DNA of 64,000 nucleotides from Macrostomum lignano (Eukaryota), in NCBI GenBank assembly GCA_002269645.1, contig NIVC01000251.1, positions 496,001-560,000 on the forward strand. The letters run 5' to 3'. Shown one piece after another: positions 35,587-46,682 of this stretch; the stretch's first letter is position 1, and each line of letters begins with the position of its first letter. The notes under the pieces were generated by a model. It had not been told where the DNA came from and did not search any database. It worked only from the letters and a program-made list of their open reading frames with translations. Both the position numbers and the translations under genes were made by a program.

Positions 35587-36047
35587 TTTGAGCTGAATGC
35601 TAAGCTATGCAGTCTCCTAAACTCCACAAAAAAGAAGTTCAGTTATCGGTATATAAGATTATATATTCGACCTTACTAAAATTGTTAGGAGTTCTCTGCA
35701 GTTAAAAAACAGTGGTAGTAGATTTTTATTAAAAATCACTAAATTTACAACTAAAAATAATATTTAAGGACAGTTCTACTGTCGTAATAAGATTATTAAA
35801 ATAAACATTGCATTTTTTCTTATAGTTGCTTTAACAAAAAAATAATCCCTAATGGTTTTGTTAAAATGCGTTAAACTTTAAATTACTATGCCGAACAATG
35901 AGATTCCTCATTCTCAAGCGTTAATACTTTGTAAGATAGGCCGGTACATACTATACCAGCATACTTAAGTTTTAAAACGCATCCTGAAACTTTACTTGTA
36001 TGCGATTTTGCACTTTGTTTTGTTTCCTGTCATATGCCGAAAGACGA

Positions 36048-36270
36048 AGGACGAAGAAACCTCGTTTTCTTTAAAAATTTTAGGAGGCGGGTTTTCCTAA
36101 AAAAATACACTACGGAGATAGGAAGTTTTCATTTTTCGGCACAAAAGTTGTTAATGATTTCGATAGGAGGCAGGACCTAGAATAATAATCTTTTGATTCG
36201 TCAGTGTATTTTGACGGAAAAACCGGCCTCCTACATGTAAAACTTTCTAAGAAACGAGGTTTCCCGTCCT
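36048..36270. mobile_element. Small inverted-repeat element (possible MITE) upstream of ARPC2
   Basis: AGGACGAAGAAACCTCGTTTTC..TAGGAGGCGGGTTTTCC is mirrored by GGAAAAACCGGCCTCCTA..GAAACGAGGTTTCCCGTCCT. No TSD was seen. Confidence 0.45.
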
Positions 36271-38118
36271 ACTTGATGGAGTAGTCCGATCATATATGTC
36301 CTGTCCTGTCAAATCGCATCCTGCCATTCCCCCAGATCCCGGCCGTTGAATACGAATCATGTGCCGGACAATTTGTCGTGTCTGTCCTGCATGGTTAAAT
36401 GGCCCTGCAGTGGACTTTTCGAATAGTCCACCTACTCATGCATAGCGATGCGCCTACTGCGAGTAAAAGTATGTGCTATTTACAAGTAAAGTTTATACTG
36501 ACTTTTCTAAGAAAAGAAAAGGTTGTCTAAAAGTTTATTTTTCGTAGACATCTTTAAGAATTATCCTACCAAAGTTGCCTTTTTTATTATTTTTGCCTAA
36601 TAGACACATTAAAGAAATCTCAATGAAAATTCAATATGACTTTTAGACCAAAATTTTTAGCAGAGTCGTCTGCCGGCCGGGTGCTAGTGAAGATGCTTCG
36701 GTGGCAAAAGTTTTGACGACAGATTGCATGATAGGAGAGTTCTAGATTGAATTGTTATGGCAGACTCTTTATGTATATATCCAGCGATAGATACAAACAC
36801 AACAAACAAAGCTTTGTTTCTTCAAAAAAATTTTCGAAAGTTGTTTCAATAGGAATGAAACCATCTGCCTATACACTGTAGCTATCCTTGTGTCGATAGC
36901 TACAGTGTATAGGCATTTGTTGACGAATGCACCTTAAATTATATAGATTACATGTAGTTCTCCCAGGAGTACAACAACGTACAATAAATGGACATCGTCA
37001 AGTACATTTATATTTGAGCAACTACTTTTACGCATAATTCATAAATTAGGGGGAGCTCAAAACTAAATGATCAAATGGAAAACCCCTACTACAGTCTAGC
37101 GGAAAAACCCGTCTCAAGACCTCATAATCGCACAATCTTAAATTCAATTAGCCCCCTCTTCATTTTATCACAAACCATTATAACTTCACAATCACTCAAA
37201 ATGTTTTTCATGCAAACAGAGAACCTTTTACATGTAAAGTTACATGCATTTATTGTGTATAATATAAATGTCAATTGAGTTTCATTAACGCGACTAAACC
37301 ATCTTCTATAGCATAATCATGCAGTAGCTAAAAATGCATTGATGATTAAATCAAACAAAATTAAATGTAATGCGTAATGCGTTCTACGTCTAGCTTTAAT
37401 TCGCGAGCTTAACCATGCATGCAGAGCAAACAGCAGTGAGCAGGACCAAAATTTGCCACGCCAATTTGAGTCAATATCCATCTAATAATTACCTGTGTTT
37501 ACCAGCTTAGCATAGACGTCAATGTTCACGCTTACAGGTCGTACACTACTACGAGTATATATCAATCAGCCAGCAACCAACTCTGCATCCAATATACTGT
37601 AAATTAATTACCTCGGGCACACGCAAAAGCAGTTTCGAAAATTTTGCTAATGAAAACTAAATTTACAGTATAAACATATATATGTACATGTAATAATACA
37701 TACAAATCAGCCGTTGCATTAGTTAGGTTAACAGGATGTTAGCTATTTGAGCGCGTCAATCAAGCAAAAAACCGCGTCAGCACTAATGATCACTATTTGT
37801 TCTGCAAAAAACCCAGAAAACTTACCGTGTATTCCACACAGGGATATATTCGCCAATGCAAATAGTAGCTCGATCGTATATTGTGGGAAAAATCAAGCCA
37901 ATGTATTTATCTCAGTATCATTTCTGAATCGACTGTCATGGGCAACTAAATTTGAAGGACGCTACATTCGATTTTGTTAGAAATGATCTGGGGGCCGTAG
38001 GGAACGTAAATATTTGGTATACAGTATATAGTATAGCATTTAGTAAGTAGAACGTATATACGTGCAGTTAGCGGATTTAGCATGCTCTACAGCAGACATC
38101 GGCAAACTACCTCCAGGG

Positions 38119-38513
38119 CATGGATGAATGAATAGAATGGATTGCTATTCTGGCTCTGGCTATTTTCGTTTTTGACTCTTTTGCATCCGGTTCCCCCCCG
38201 TGCCTTTTCATTGGGTGATGATTGCCATAGACAATTTTCGGCCTTCGCCCCTTTCTTTCGATGCACAAGCGCTTTCGCTCGTGTTTTGAAATAAAGGGGG
38301 AAGACCTACAAGCACGATTCGAGAGTCGATTCGTCTACAATAAAATCAGTTCTTTGCGCTTGTGCATCGAAAGAAAGGGGCGAAGGCCGAAAATTGTCTA
38401 TGGCAATCATCAACCAATGAAAAGGCACGGGGGGGGGGGAACCGGATGCAAAAGAGTCAAAAACGAAAATAGCCAGAGCCAGAATAGCAATCCATTCTAT
38501 TCATTCATCCATG
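38119..38513. mobile_element. P-element-like palindromic MITE, copy 1 (395 bp, TSD CTCCAGGG)
   Basis: About 155-bp near-perfect TIRs beginning CATGGATGAATGAATAG. 8-bp TSD at 38111-38118 and 38514-38521. Confidence 0.88.
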
Positions 38514-38905
38514 CTCCAGGGCCAGATAGAGAACCTACACATATAGCGCTTGACTGCGGACCAGAGGATGAGGAAAGAAAAGAGAAGAGAGAGAAGATTG
38601 GAGAGAAGGGAAATGAGAAAAGAAAATCTAATCTCAGATATCTCAGGGCCAGATTGCTATTGTGAAGTTTCAAAAACCCGAGTGATAGAAAGGCTTTGCG
38701 AGCCGTGGCCTACGGGCCGGGGTTTCCCGACCCCTGCTCTATAGAGGAATCGAAAATCTGTTCGGAAATTTTCCTGAGGCCTGCCGTGCGATTCGTGTGC
38801 CCTATCAGGGCCAGTGTCGCATGCCTGTGCGTTTGAGTTTAGTTGAGTTGAGTTTGCAGGTAGAATCGAGAAAGTAGAATTCTTTGTAATAAAACTGTCA
38901 AATTA

Positions 38906-39886
38906 CGAGGGGTGTCCGGAAAATAGTGTTACTTTTTACTTGGAGCAGACGGTTGGTAAGTTGCATTGACACAAGTTTGGTGTCGTTTGAAAGCGGCAAG
39001 TTTCTTGTTTAAAATGATTTACATGTAAGCTGCAATAGATTTGGATTGATATTTTAAGAGATATGTGCACTTAAGTAGAGGGAGATTGGTCATAGACTTA
39101 CAAAATCTAGACACAAGCCTTCTGTACTGACGATCCAGCTTCATGTCCTCAGTGAGCCATCAGGGAACCCAACGGGCACTCAGCTTGACATGAATCATCT
39201 TCTGCAGACACTTCTAAACTGTGGACTTCGAGCAATCTGGTCTATCGTCTATTTCGCGGATGCTTTGGTGGCAGTCTTCATCAATCAAGTCGAGAATGGA
39301 TCCGAGAACGAGGCCGCCGCTGGCATGGATCTCGGTCGTCCTGACCTTCAGTCGGTTCAGTTCCAGTTCATGTCAGTTCTTCCACCCCTGATCTCGTTCA
39401 CCCACTGTTCACTGTCATCGTGCCGACGGAATGGTCTCCATGCGCAGTTCAGAGTTGCCATGAATATCAGCTGCTTTGCACCCGGAGCTCCAAAGTGTAA
39501 ATATGGCATGTCGCTTCCCAGTCTGAATGCACGTCCATTTGCCGATTGATGGATCAAAATTTGAGCACAGTGAAGATTTTTCTACACAACTGGTTCAGCC
39601 GCATTCTTTTGAGAAAGCTTTTCACTGTGCCACATTTGACCATAAAACAACTCATACATTAAAAAAATATCGATTGCCATTGAGCAGAAGGCTAATTTTA
39701 GCAGATACGCTTGTATTTGAGCTTCTGTAAGTCTATCACCAATCTCCCTCTACTTAAGTGCACTTATCTCTTAAAATATAAATCCAAATCGATCGCAGCT
39801 TAAGTCATTTTTGAGAAGAAACTTGCCACTTTCAAACAACACCAAACCTCCAAGCAAAAGTAACACTATTTTCCGGACACCCCTCG
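38906..39886 (-). mobile_element. Mariner-family element with internally deleted transposase (981 bp, TA TSD)
   Basis: TA|CGAGGGGTGTCCGGAAAATAGTGTTACTTTT ... AAAAGTAACACTATTTTCCGGACACCCCTCG|TA, with long imperfect TIRs. A minus-strand remnant reads SGRPRS..LIDED..SIREI..SKSTV..KLSARWVP*WLTEDMK. It is inserted just 3' of the stop of channel gene A. Confidence 0.9.
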
Positions 39887-39939
39887 TATAATCAAGAACT
39901 TCGTACTAGCGATGGCATGCATTTAATTCACTGATATTG

Positions 39940-41691
39940 TTAGACTTGCTCGACCACCAAAGTGGCGTCGAAGGTTTCAGCTTTGCAGCCGGAATTCGTA
40001 TTGCCGCGCGTTCCACTTCTGGCCGGATCGTTCTTGTCCTCTTCGTCGTCGCCTGTCCGAGGCGCCACAGCTCCGGTCCCGACGGAACAGCAGCCGAGCA
40101 GGCAGTCGTGCAGCAGCTCGAGCACCTCCAGCACAGTCAGCAGAGAGCAGCCCATGTAGAGGCCCAGAATGCCGCCAGCATCCGACACGAGGTTAGCCAA
40201 CTCGTAGCTGCGCTCGATTGTGACTGTCGGCCCCAAGGATTTTCCGGCTTTGACCTTGATTTGCATCAGCTGGTCCTGCATATAGTTGCTGGCGATCAGA
40301 CTGCGTTCTGAAGTCCTGTTATCAAGAATCTCCGTAATGATAGACTCCAATTCAACATATCCGGGATGCGTTTCGTTAGATAAACGACCTCTATTGACTG
40401 TCATTAGGATGCTCCATAATGATGCGACCTGATTAGAGGAAAAAATTCTAGGCCAGGTACCAGATGAATACGTGAAGGTGTAGCTCCATGTTTCGCAAGG
40501 ACGTCTGTTTTTGCAGTATCTTTGAATTTTCCTCTGATCAAGCGATTCGTAAAAATAGTCATTTTCATTCAGAAATGTTTTATTTCTCTGATAGTTACTT
40601 TTGAATAGTGGTCCATTAGTGTTCAAGCATCCGAGGGCGCTTTCGAATCTTTTGCTTCTCGGCAGCAGGTGGTTCACGCAGCCGCTATGCTTCATCAACA
40701 ACTCGTTTATTCTCTCAGAGCGGCAAAGGTACTGGCTGTACTGGTAAGCCGTCTCGGACCCGTTGTACGGACTAACAATCCTCATGGGCTCGAGATCAGA
40801 GAGGCACTGCATCCCCTTGGACAGTGTCAGCTTCTCCATCTCCAGGTTAATTGTGTACTCTTTTCCAGAGCTCAGCTGCAGAACTGAGTCAGGACTCGGG
40901 TAGTGACCTCGTTTAGCAAAGTACAAGTTGACTCCACTCCAACCCTTCAAATTGATACCCCAGGTAAGATCCCAGGTAAGAAAGTCGAAACCGGATTGCT
41001 TTTCCAAAGGCACCGGAGCGATATCAATCGTCTTGGAAAACTTGATGAAGGTACCATCTACAAACAACATTATTTCCAGATAATTGTTCTCAATGCTCAG
41101 AGCTGCTCTCTGCTCATCTGTGGGCTCGAAGCGGACACAGTTAAGCTCGGACGGGCTGTAGAAGGTGCTGAAGTGAACCTTTTCTCGACCCATTCCATTG
41201 ATTGCGGTTCGCATAACAAGCTGATCGGCTCTGTGACCCAATCTGTCACTGAGCAGCCGATATGGCAAGGTTGCCATCAGAGATTGGGCAAATTTACGAG
41301 AAGCATGTTGATGAGATGGTATGCCAAAGAGTTCATTGGTTTTGTTCACATAGCTGTTGATTTCTGACACTTGTTGTGAGTCCTGCATGTAGGGATAACT
41401 TCCTGACACAATGTTCGTGCTGCAGATGACCAGGTCCGGGAACTCGAACTCCACCGAGTCCTCCTGCAGAGTGGTCGTCTGCGGCTTTTCATGGTACTTG
41501 TTCACAAAGACTTGCACCTGGATGACAAAGATCGTCATGAATGAGGCGAAAACCAGAAGCCAAATTAGTTTGATGTAGATTGGTCGCTGACCAGAGAGTC
41601 TGCTCAAACCGTGAGCAGATGTGCTCGACAGCCAAGCTTGAAAAGGTAGCAGAATTGCTGCCTTGTGGACTGCGGTTGGTTTCTCTGTCAT
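39940..41691 (-). CDS. DEG/ENaC (ASIC/degenerin) family channel subunit, copy A, intronless, 583 aa
   Basis: Pre-TM1 HG motif (STSAHGL), TM1 IWLLVFASFMTIFVIQV, post-TM1 EFPDLVICS, and TM2 LVSDAGGILGLYMGCSLLTVLE with a G-x-S filter. Confidence 0.95.
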   Translation of the reverse strand: MTEKPTAVHKAAILLPFQAWLSSTSAHGLSRLSGQRPIYIKLIWLLVFASFMTIFVIQVQVFVNKYHEKPQTTTLQEDSVEFEFPDLVICSTNIVSGSYPYMQDSQQVSEINSYVNKTNELFGIPSHQHASRKFAQSLMATLPYRLLSDRLGHRADQLVMRTAINGMGREKVHFSTFYSPSELNCVRFEPTDEQRAALSIENNYLEIMLFVDGTFIKFSKTIDIAPVPLEKQSGFDFLTWDLTWGINLKGWSGVNLYFAKRGHYPSPDSVLQLSSGKEYTINLEMEKLTLSKGMQCLSDLEPMRIVSPYNGSETAYQYSQYLCRSERINELLMKHSGCVNHLLPRSKRFESALGCLNTNGPLFKSNYQRNKTFLNENDYFYESLDQRKIQRYCKNRRPCETWSYTFTYSSGTWPRIFSSNQVASLWSILMTVNRGRLSNETHPGYVELESIITEILDNRTSERSLIASNYMQDQLMQIKVKAGKSLGPTVTIERSYELANLVSDAGGILGLYMGCSLLTVLEVLELLHDCLLGCCSVGTGAVAPRTGDDEEDKNDPARSGTRGNTNSGCKAETFDATLVVEQV

Positions 41692-42145
41692 CTTTTTGGG
41701 TCAAGATTCAAAGCCGCATGTATAAGACTGTATTAACTCAACAAGGAATACCGACCTTAGTCCCGTAGGTTCTCTCTTTTCTGACCGCAGTCGTCACCGA
41801 TATCTCAAGAGCGCAGTATGATGAATCTGTCAATCCAGAATTGAAAATGCGGACTTCCCTACATTTACATGTGTATGTAACGTAAATGTTCTGACTGGGA
41901 ATTTAGCTAGAATGTCAGCCATTGGCTGATGTGGCTCTTCAAGTCAACTTGGTCTGTGATTCAGTACAATGGCAGCATTTGTCCGGCAAATTCTACTAGT
42001 ATAACCATTCCGTAATATTCATACTACATGCACATAGTCATATTCAACTGAAAGCAGTAGTATGTAGTGCGCATATTTACGAGCGTATTATTGATTTGTT
42101 AACTAGCAGTAATAGCCCCCCCTCCTTGCGGCGGCAAAAGATGAT

Positions 42146-43772
42146 GGAATAGGACTTTCCTTTGGCATCTCAGCATTCCTTTTTTAACCTTGGCAGCCTG
42201 GACAGGCCTGCAATGACATTATTTAGCTTAGCAATATGAACTTTATGAAGCTATAAACAGTCCAGAGTTGGTACTAAAGACTGTGCATCAGTTCCAGGGG
42301 GTTGGTAGTCGCCTATTGCGCTTTAGATCTTTAGGCCCCAATCCTGCTGAACTCCTAAGAAAAGCCAAAGATGTTGTGGGTAAATTTGCGAATTTTACCT
42401 CGCGAAGAAACTATAACCACCCGAGTATCCTTCCAAATATACTTTTCTAGCATTCGTTAAGTTACCTAAAACTCGGAATTGGCAGCAGTTATAGTATAAA
42501 TCCGCCCATCTTATTTGACAGAGTAGCAGCCGTGTTAGAAACAAGGGAGCACGACAAGGGAGCTGGAGCTTCTTTATAAGAAGTCCATGGTCGGGTTGCA
42601 GTCCTTTGAAGCAGGGAGGCTGTCTTTGAGCAATCCATCCATCAAAACTGGTTGGGGTTTCCAGTGGACGTCAGGCTGACGTGGAAGCGCCGACGCAGAT
42701 TAGAGGCGCTGGGCTCGCAATCAGAGAGGATGTTAAGGGTAATAAAATCGGCTAAGACCTTGTCTCTGAAGTTGAGATAAATATACCAGCGTATGACAAA
42801 AGCTATCGTCAATCATGAGGTTTGTCAAGTTTAAAATGGACACCGGCTTCGAGTAGTCGACGAGTCGTCTTAAAAGCCTTGTAGCGTACTTTAATAACTT
42901 TCTCGAAATTTCGTTAGATTTCTAAAGTCAAAAAGATTTATATTTCCAGAAACTTATTCAAGTTAGCATCTTATCTATAACATACGCATATAAATAGTAA
43001 ATAATTATTTATTACTTAACTGTTAATATTCTACTCGTATTTGCGTAACGTATATAATTAAGTGTTTAATCGCTTTGTTAAGATGCGCTCAATCTTTCTA
43101 GAAATTTCCGGAAGACAGTTACAAATCTATAAATATACGGCGACGGCAGTGACACGAATCACTCTCCCCTTGTTTTCTCTTCGATCTGATTTCCGTTGAT
43201 AAACTACTAAATGAACCACCGCCTTGCTCTCATTCAATAACCAACAAAGACATCTACAGCCTCGCCGAGGACGAATTGATATCCTGTTTAAAATACCTTG
43301 AAGTAGGCCTTCATCTTAAGTCCTCAGCGGACACTGTCCGACCAAGGTCCCTCCTTCCGATAGTCCTAAGACTAGCAACAGGGCTGATACTCTCTATATT
43401 GAATGAGAGGGGTACTCTATATTGAATCTGCTCACTGTTTCCACTTCCGAGCTGTAAAGTGTTTTAAATAGGCCTGTAGTATTTTAAAAGGCCTAGTTTC
43501 TCGGCGAAATTCTTTTCAAGCAAAGATCTCGCATTGCAGTAAGGACCCTCGGACTTGCCTGTCTGGTCTCGCACCTTTTCTTCAAGTGGTCTAAAGCGCA
43601 ATGGACGGCTCCCATCACCCCTGGAACTGATGCACAGTCTTTAGTACCAACTCTGGACTGTTTATAGCTTCATAAAGTTCATATTGCTGAGCTAAATAAT
43701 GTCATTGCAAGCCTGTCCAGGCTGCTAAGGTTCAAAAAGGAATGCTGAGATGCCAAAAGAAAGTTCTATTCC
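42146..43772. mobile_element. Non-coding 1.6-kb element with about 155-bp TIRs (GGAATAG..CTATTCC), no TSD found
   Basis: 42146-42300 is the reverse complement of 43617-43772 with few mismatches. No transposase was recognised inside. Confidence 0.75.
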
Positions 43773-43888
43773 TGGCATTCTTCTCGAATCGTTTGTTAAA
43801 CTATTTTTTCAATGTTTTTCCCACTTTCTCCACCTGAGAAGCTTATTTTAGCATTTTTTGACATCCCCAAGCTATTAAAACAGTAAAA

Positions 43889-44095
43889 TTAACAACTTTG
43901 TTTTTTGCACTTCCAGTCCGGAACAACGACCATCATGCACTTTGTTGAACCACGCTCCGCCATGCCGAGCACCCACTGACCAGGTTGGAAGGCACCCTGA
44001 TGAAACTTACAGTGCATGAAGTAGGACTTGTCGACCTCCACATCAACATCAGGGCCACCAAGCTGGACCAAGGTGGTCCTCCAGCACCTGGGCAC
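43889..44095 (-). pseudogene. Merlin/ISXO2-like (IS1595 family) transposase fragment
   Basis: VEVDKSYF..KFHQG..GQWVLGMAERGSTKCMMVVVPD resembles the VEIDES..KY.RG..QWVFG.IER..KC..V.VPDR motif. Only a short fragment is present. Confidence 0.7.
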
Positions 44096-46682
44096 ACACG
44101 TCGGGAATAAATTTGTGTAGTGAGTTCATACACAGACAATTTCACGAGTGGCGAAGCCACGAGTGACTAAAATTTATCATTGTCTATGACAAAACAATAT
44201 ACACAAACACATTGTCTCATGAATGTATTTTTAGAAGCCTAAAATAATGATTCCTAAGCGTGGAATAATGAGCGTACAGCATGACACAATGCATTGTCTG
44301 TAGGATCGTCAATGATTATTTATCCATTAACACTCAAAAATAGTGCAGTAGAAACATTGCTATGCGCTTTCGTCTATGGCATTAGTTGGCGCCGGAAGAA
44401 GTCGAGGAGGGGGGAGAGTGAGAATGGGGGTGTGGGGGCGAAGCCCCCACTTTCTAAAATGAAATATAAATAAATTTTAGTCTATGGCCCACATCGACAT
44501 TAATATGCACTGTAGTTTTTTGATCCTATAAAGAGGGAGACAGAAGGTTTAAGAGAGCTGAGTAGAAAGACAGCAGATTTGATTTCTTGCATCTTTCAGT
44601 TACGCAAACAAAATCGCCATGGCTGACGCAGAGCCAACTACAGTGGCAGAAGTTCTGCCTCCTCTATTTAACTACGGAGCTATGCCGAATGGGGAGATTT
44701 CAGGAGTAACATCCGGCGAGTTCGACTTGATTTGCACGTCATTGGATCATGCCCAAGGTCATTAGACCGTCGAGATGCAGCGAACCGCTATAGATTCTCC
44801 GAGAAAAGCTGCAAGAGACTTTCGCTTTCTTCTTGAGTTTATGAAGAACGTCAGTGAGAAAGCAGGCCTTACTAAGGTGTACACCGACCGCTGCATATGG
44901 TAGGTAGTTTGACCTGTACTTTTTCCCACCATATTCATGTGTCTCTGTGAAAACATTTGAATCTAGACAAATCAGTTGCCAAATTTTCCTAAACTGCAGA
45001 GTAACTAGAGCGTGCCACCTGGATACCTGTGGCCAGACTATCCAGGAAATCATGCTCATCACTGGGCGAAAGTGTGAGCGGACTGTTAAGCGCTACTTAT
45101 CGAGGCGACGGGATCGCAGTTGTATAGGGCATCTCTGGCTGTGGATCAGGCCGAAACTAATGTCATTAATGTCATTAATTAACTGATTAACATACGATTT
45201 CTTTGTTGAACAGTTTTTGATGTTTTTCTAACATAAAAAAATAAATTTTTTTCTTTGTTATTGTTTAAATTGCCGTTGCGTGTTAATGTCCAAAATGACA
45301 TTAACACGTATCCCACGCGCGTGTTATTTTCACCAAAAAAGCATAGCAATGTTCATACTCTAGAGTGCTCATACTTCCCCTCTATCTAACCAACTCATCC
45401 CTTTGGACCATAGACATTCTTATTTGATCCAGCGTGCAAGAATGCTTTGGAAGTCGCCATATGCGTGCAGAAATGCAAGTTTCTATGGTAAAAGCACCTT
45501 GAATTTACATGTGCACTCCGTGCAGAAATGTCTATCGTGCAAGAATGTAACGCGCAATGTTTCTATATTTAGCATAACAGCCATAGACTACAAGCATAAT
45601 CTTCTTTCCATCGTGCAAGAATGTTCAGACTAGCTCGCGCATATTTTGTCTATGGTTCAAGTCTAACTCCACACCCCCAGCTCCACCCTTGTCTACTTTA
45701 GCCACACATGTTGGATCAAATAAGAACGGGAATCAAGCACTTTGACTTGTCCGTCTATGGTAAAAACCCTCGTGCGCTACGCGCACTCGTGTTTCAGCCA
45801 TTGACGCACTCGTCAGCGTGCTAGATTCCTCCATTGTCGGCTGATTTTCCATGCAAGAATGGCATTCTTGCACTCTTTTGCGTGCAGGAATGGATGTCTA
45901 TGGTAAAATCTCACTGAAAAAGCATTAGGCGCAGAAATGCATTCCTGCACGGTTTTGTGCATTCCTGCACGATGAATCATCCGACAATGGAATTCCTTCA
46001 CGTTCACTCGTGCGTGAAGGACATCGTGCACTCGTGTTTCAGCCATTGACGCACTCGTCAGCGTGCTAGATTCCTCCAGTCCCAAGCATCAGTACCACGT
46101 CAGACAACACGATTCCCGCGTTTTCGCACCAATCTGAAATAAAAAACTTCGAAACTTCAAATTGTTAGGAATCGTTAGGCATTGCTAGACGACAAAAGTG
46201 TCATCATCCGTTGCCGCCGCAAGGAAGGGGCTATTACTGCTAGTTAGCAAAGCAACAATAAATATGCGCACCACATACTACTGTTTTCAGCTGAATATGA
46301 ATATGTCGTATGAATATGAATATGAATATGAATATGAATATTTCGTTACCGAATTGTTATAGAATTTGCCGGACAAATGATGCCATTGCACTGACTTGCT
46401 GAACAAATTGACTTTGAGAGCCACACCAGCCAATTGCTGACACTCTAGATGCCCAGCCAGAATATTTAGGTTCCATTCACACCTGAAATTTGGGAAGTCG
46501 GTAATTTTTCAATTCTGGATTGACAGACTCATCATACTGCGCTCTTTGGATATCGGTGACTTAAACTGCGGTCAGAAAAGCGAGTACCTAGCTACGGGAC
46601 TAAGGTCGCTATTCTTAGTTGCATTATTTTCGAAACGGTACATATATATACATGCATTCGCCCTGAATTCAGACACCCAAAC

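Noticed and set aside
38261-38665. ORFs overlapping the MITEs (also 50123-50679)
   Set aside because: They are chance frames through the palindromic MITE, and the same peptide recurs only because the MITE recurs.
44619-45140. Fragmentary coding-like stretch (MADAEPTTVAEVLPPLFNY..)
   Set aside because: It is broken within about 50 codons and has no recognisable motif.
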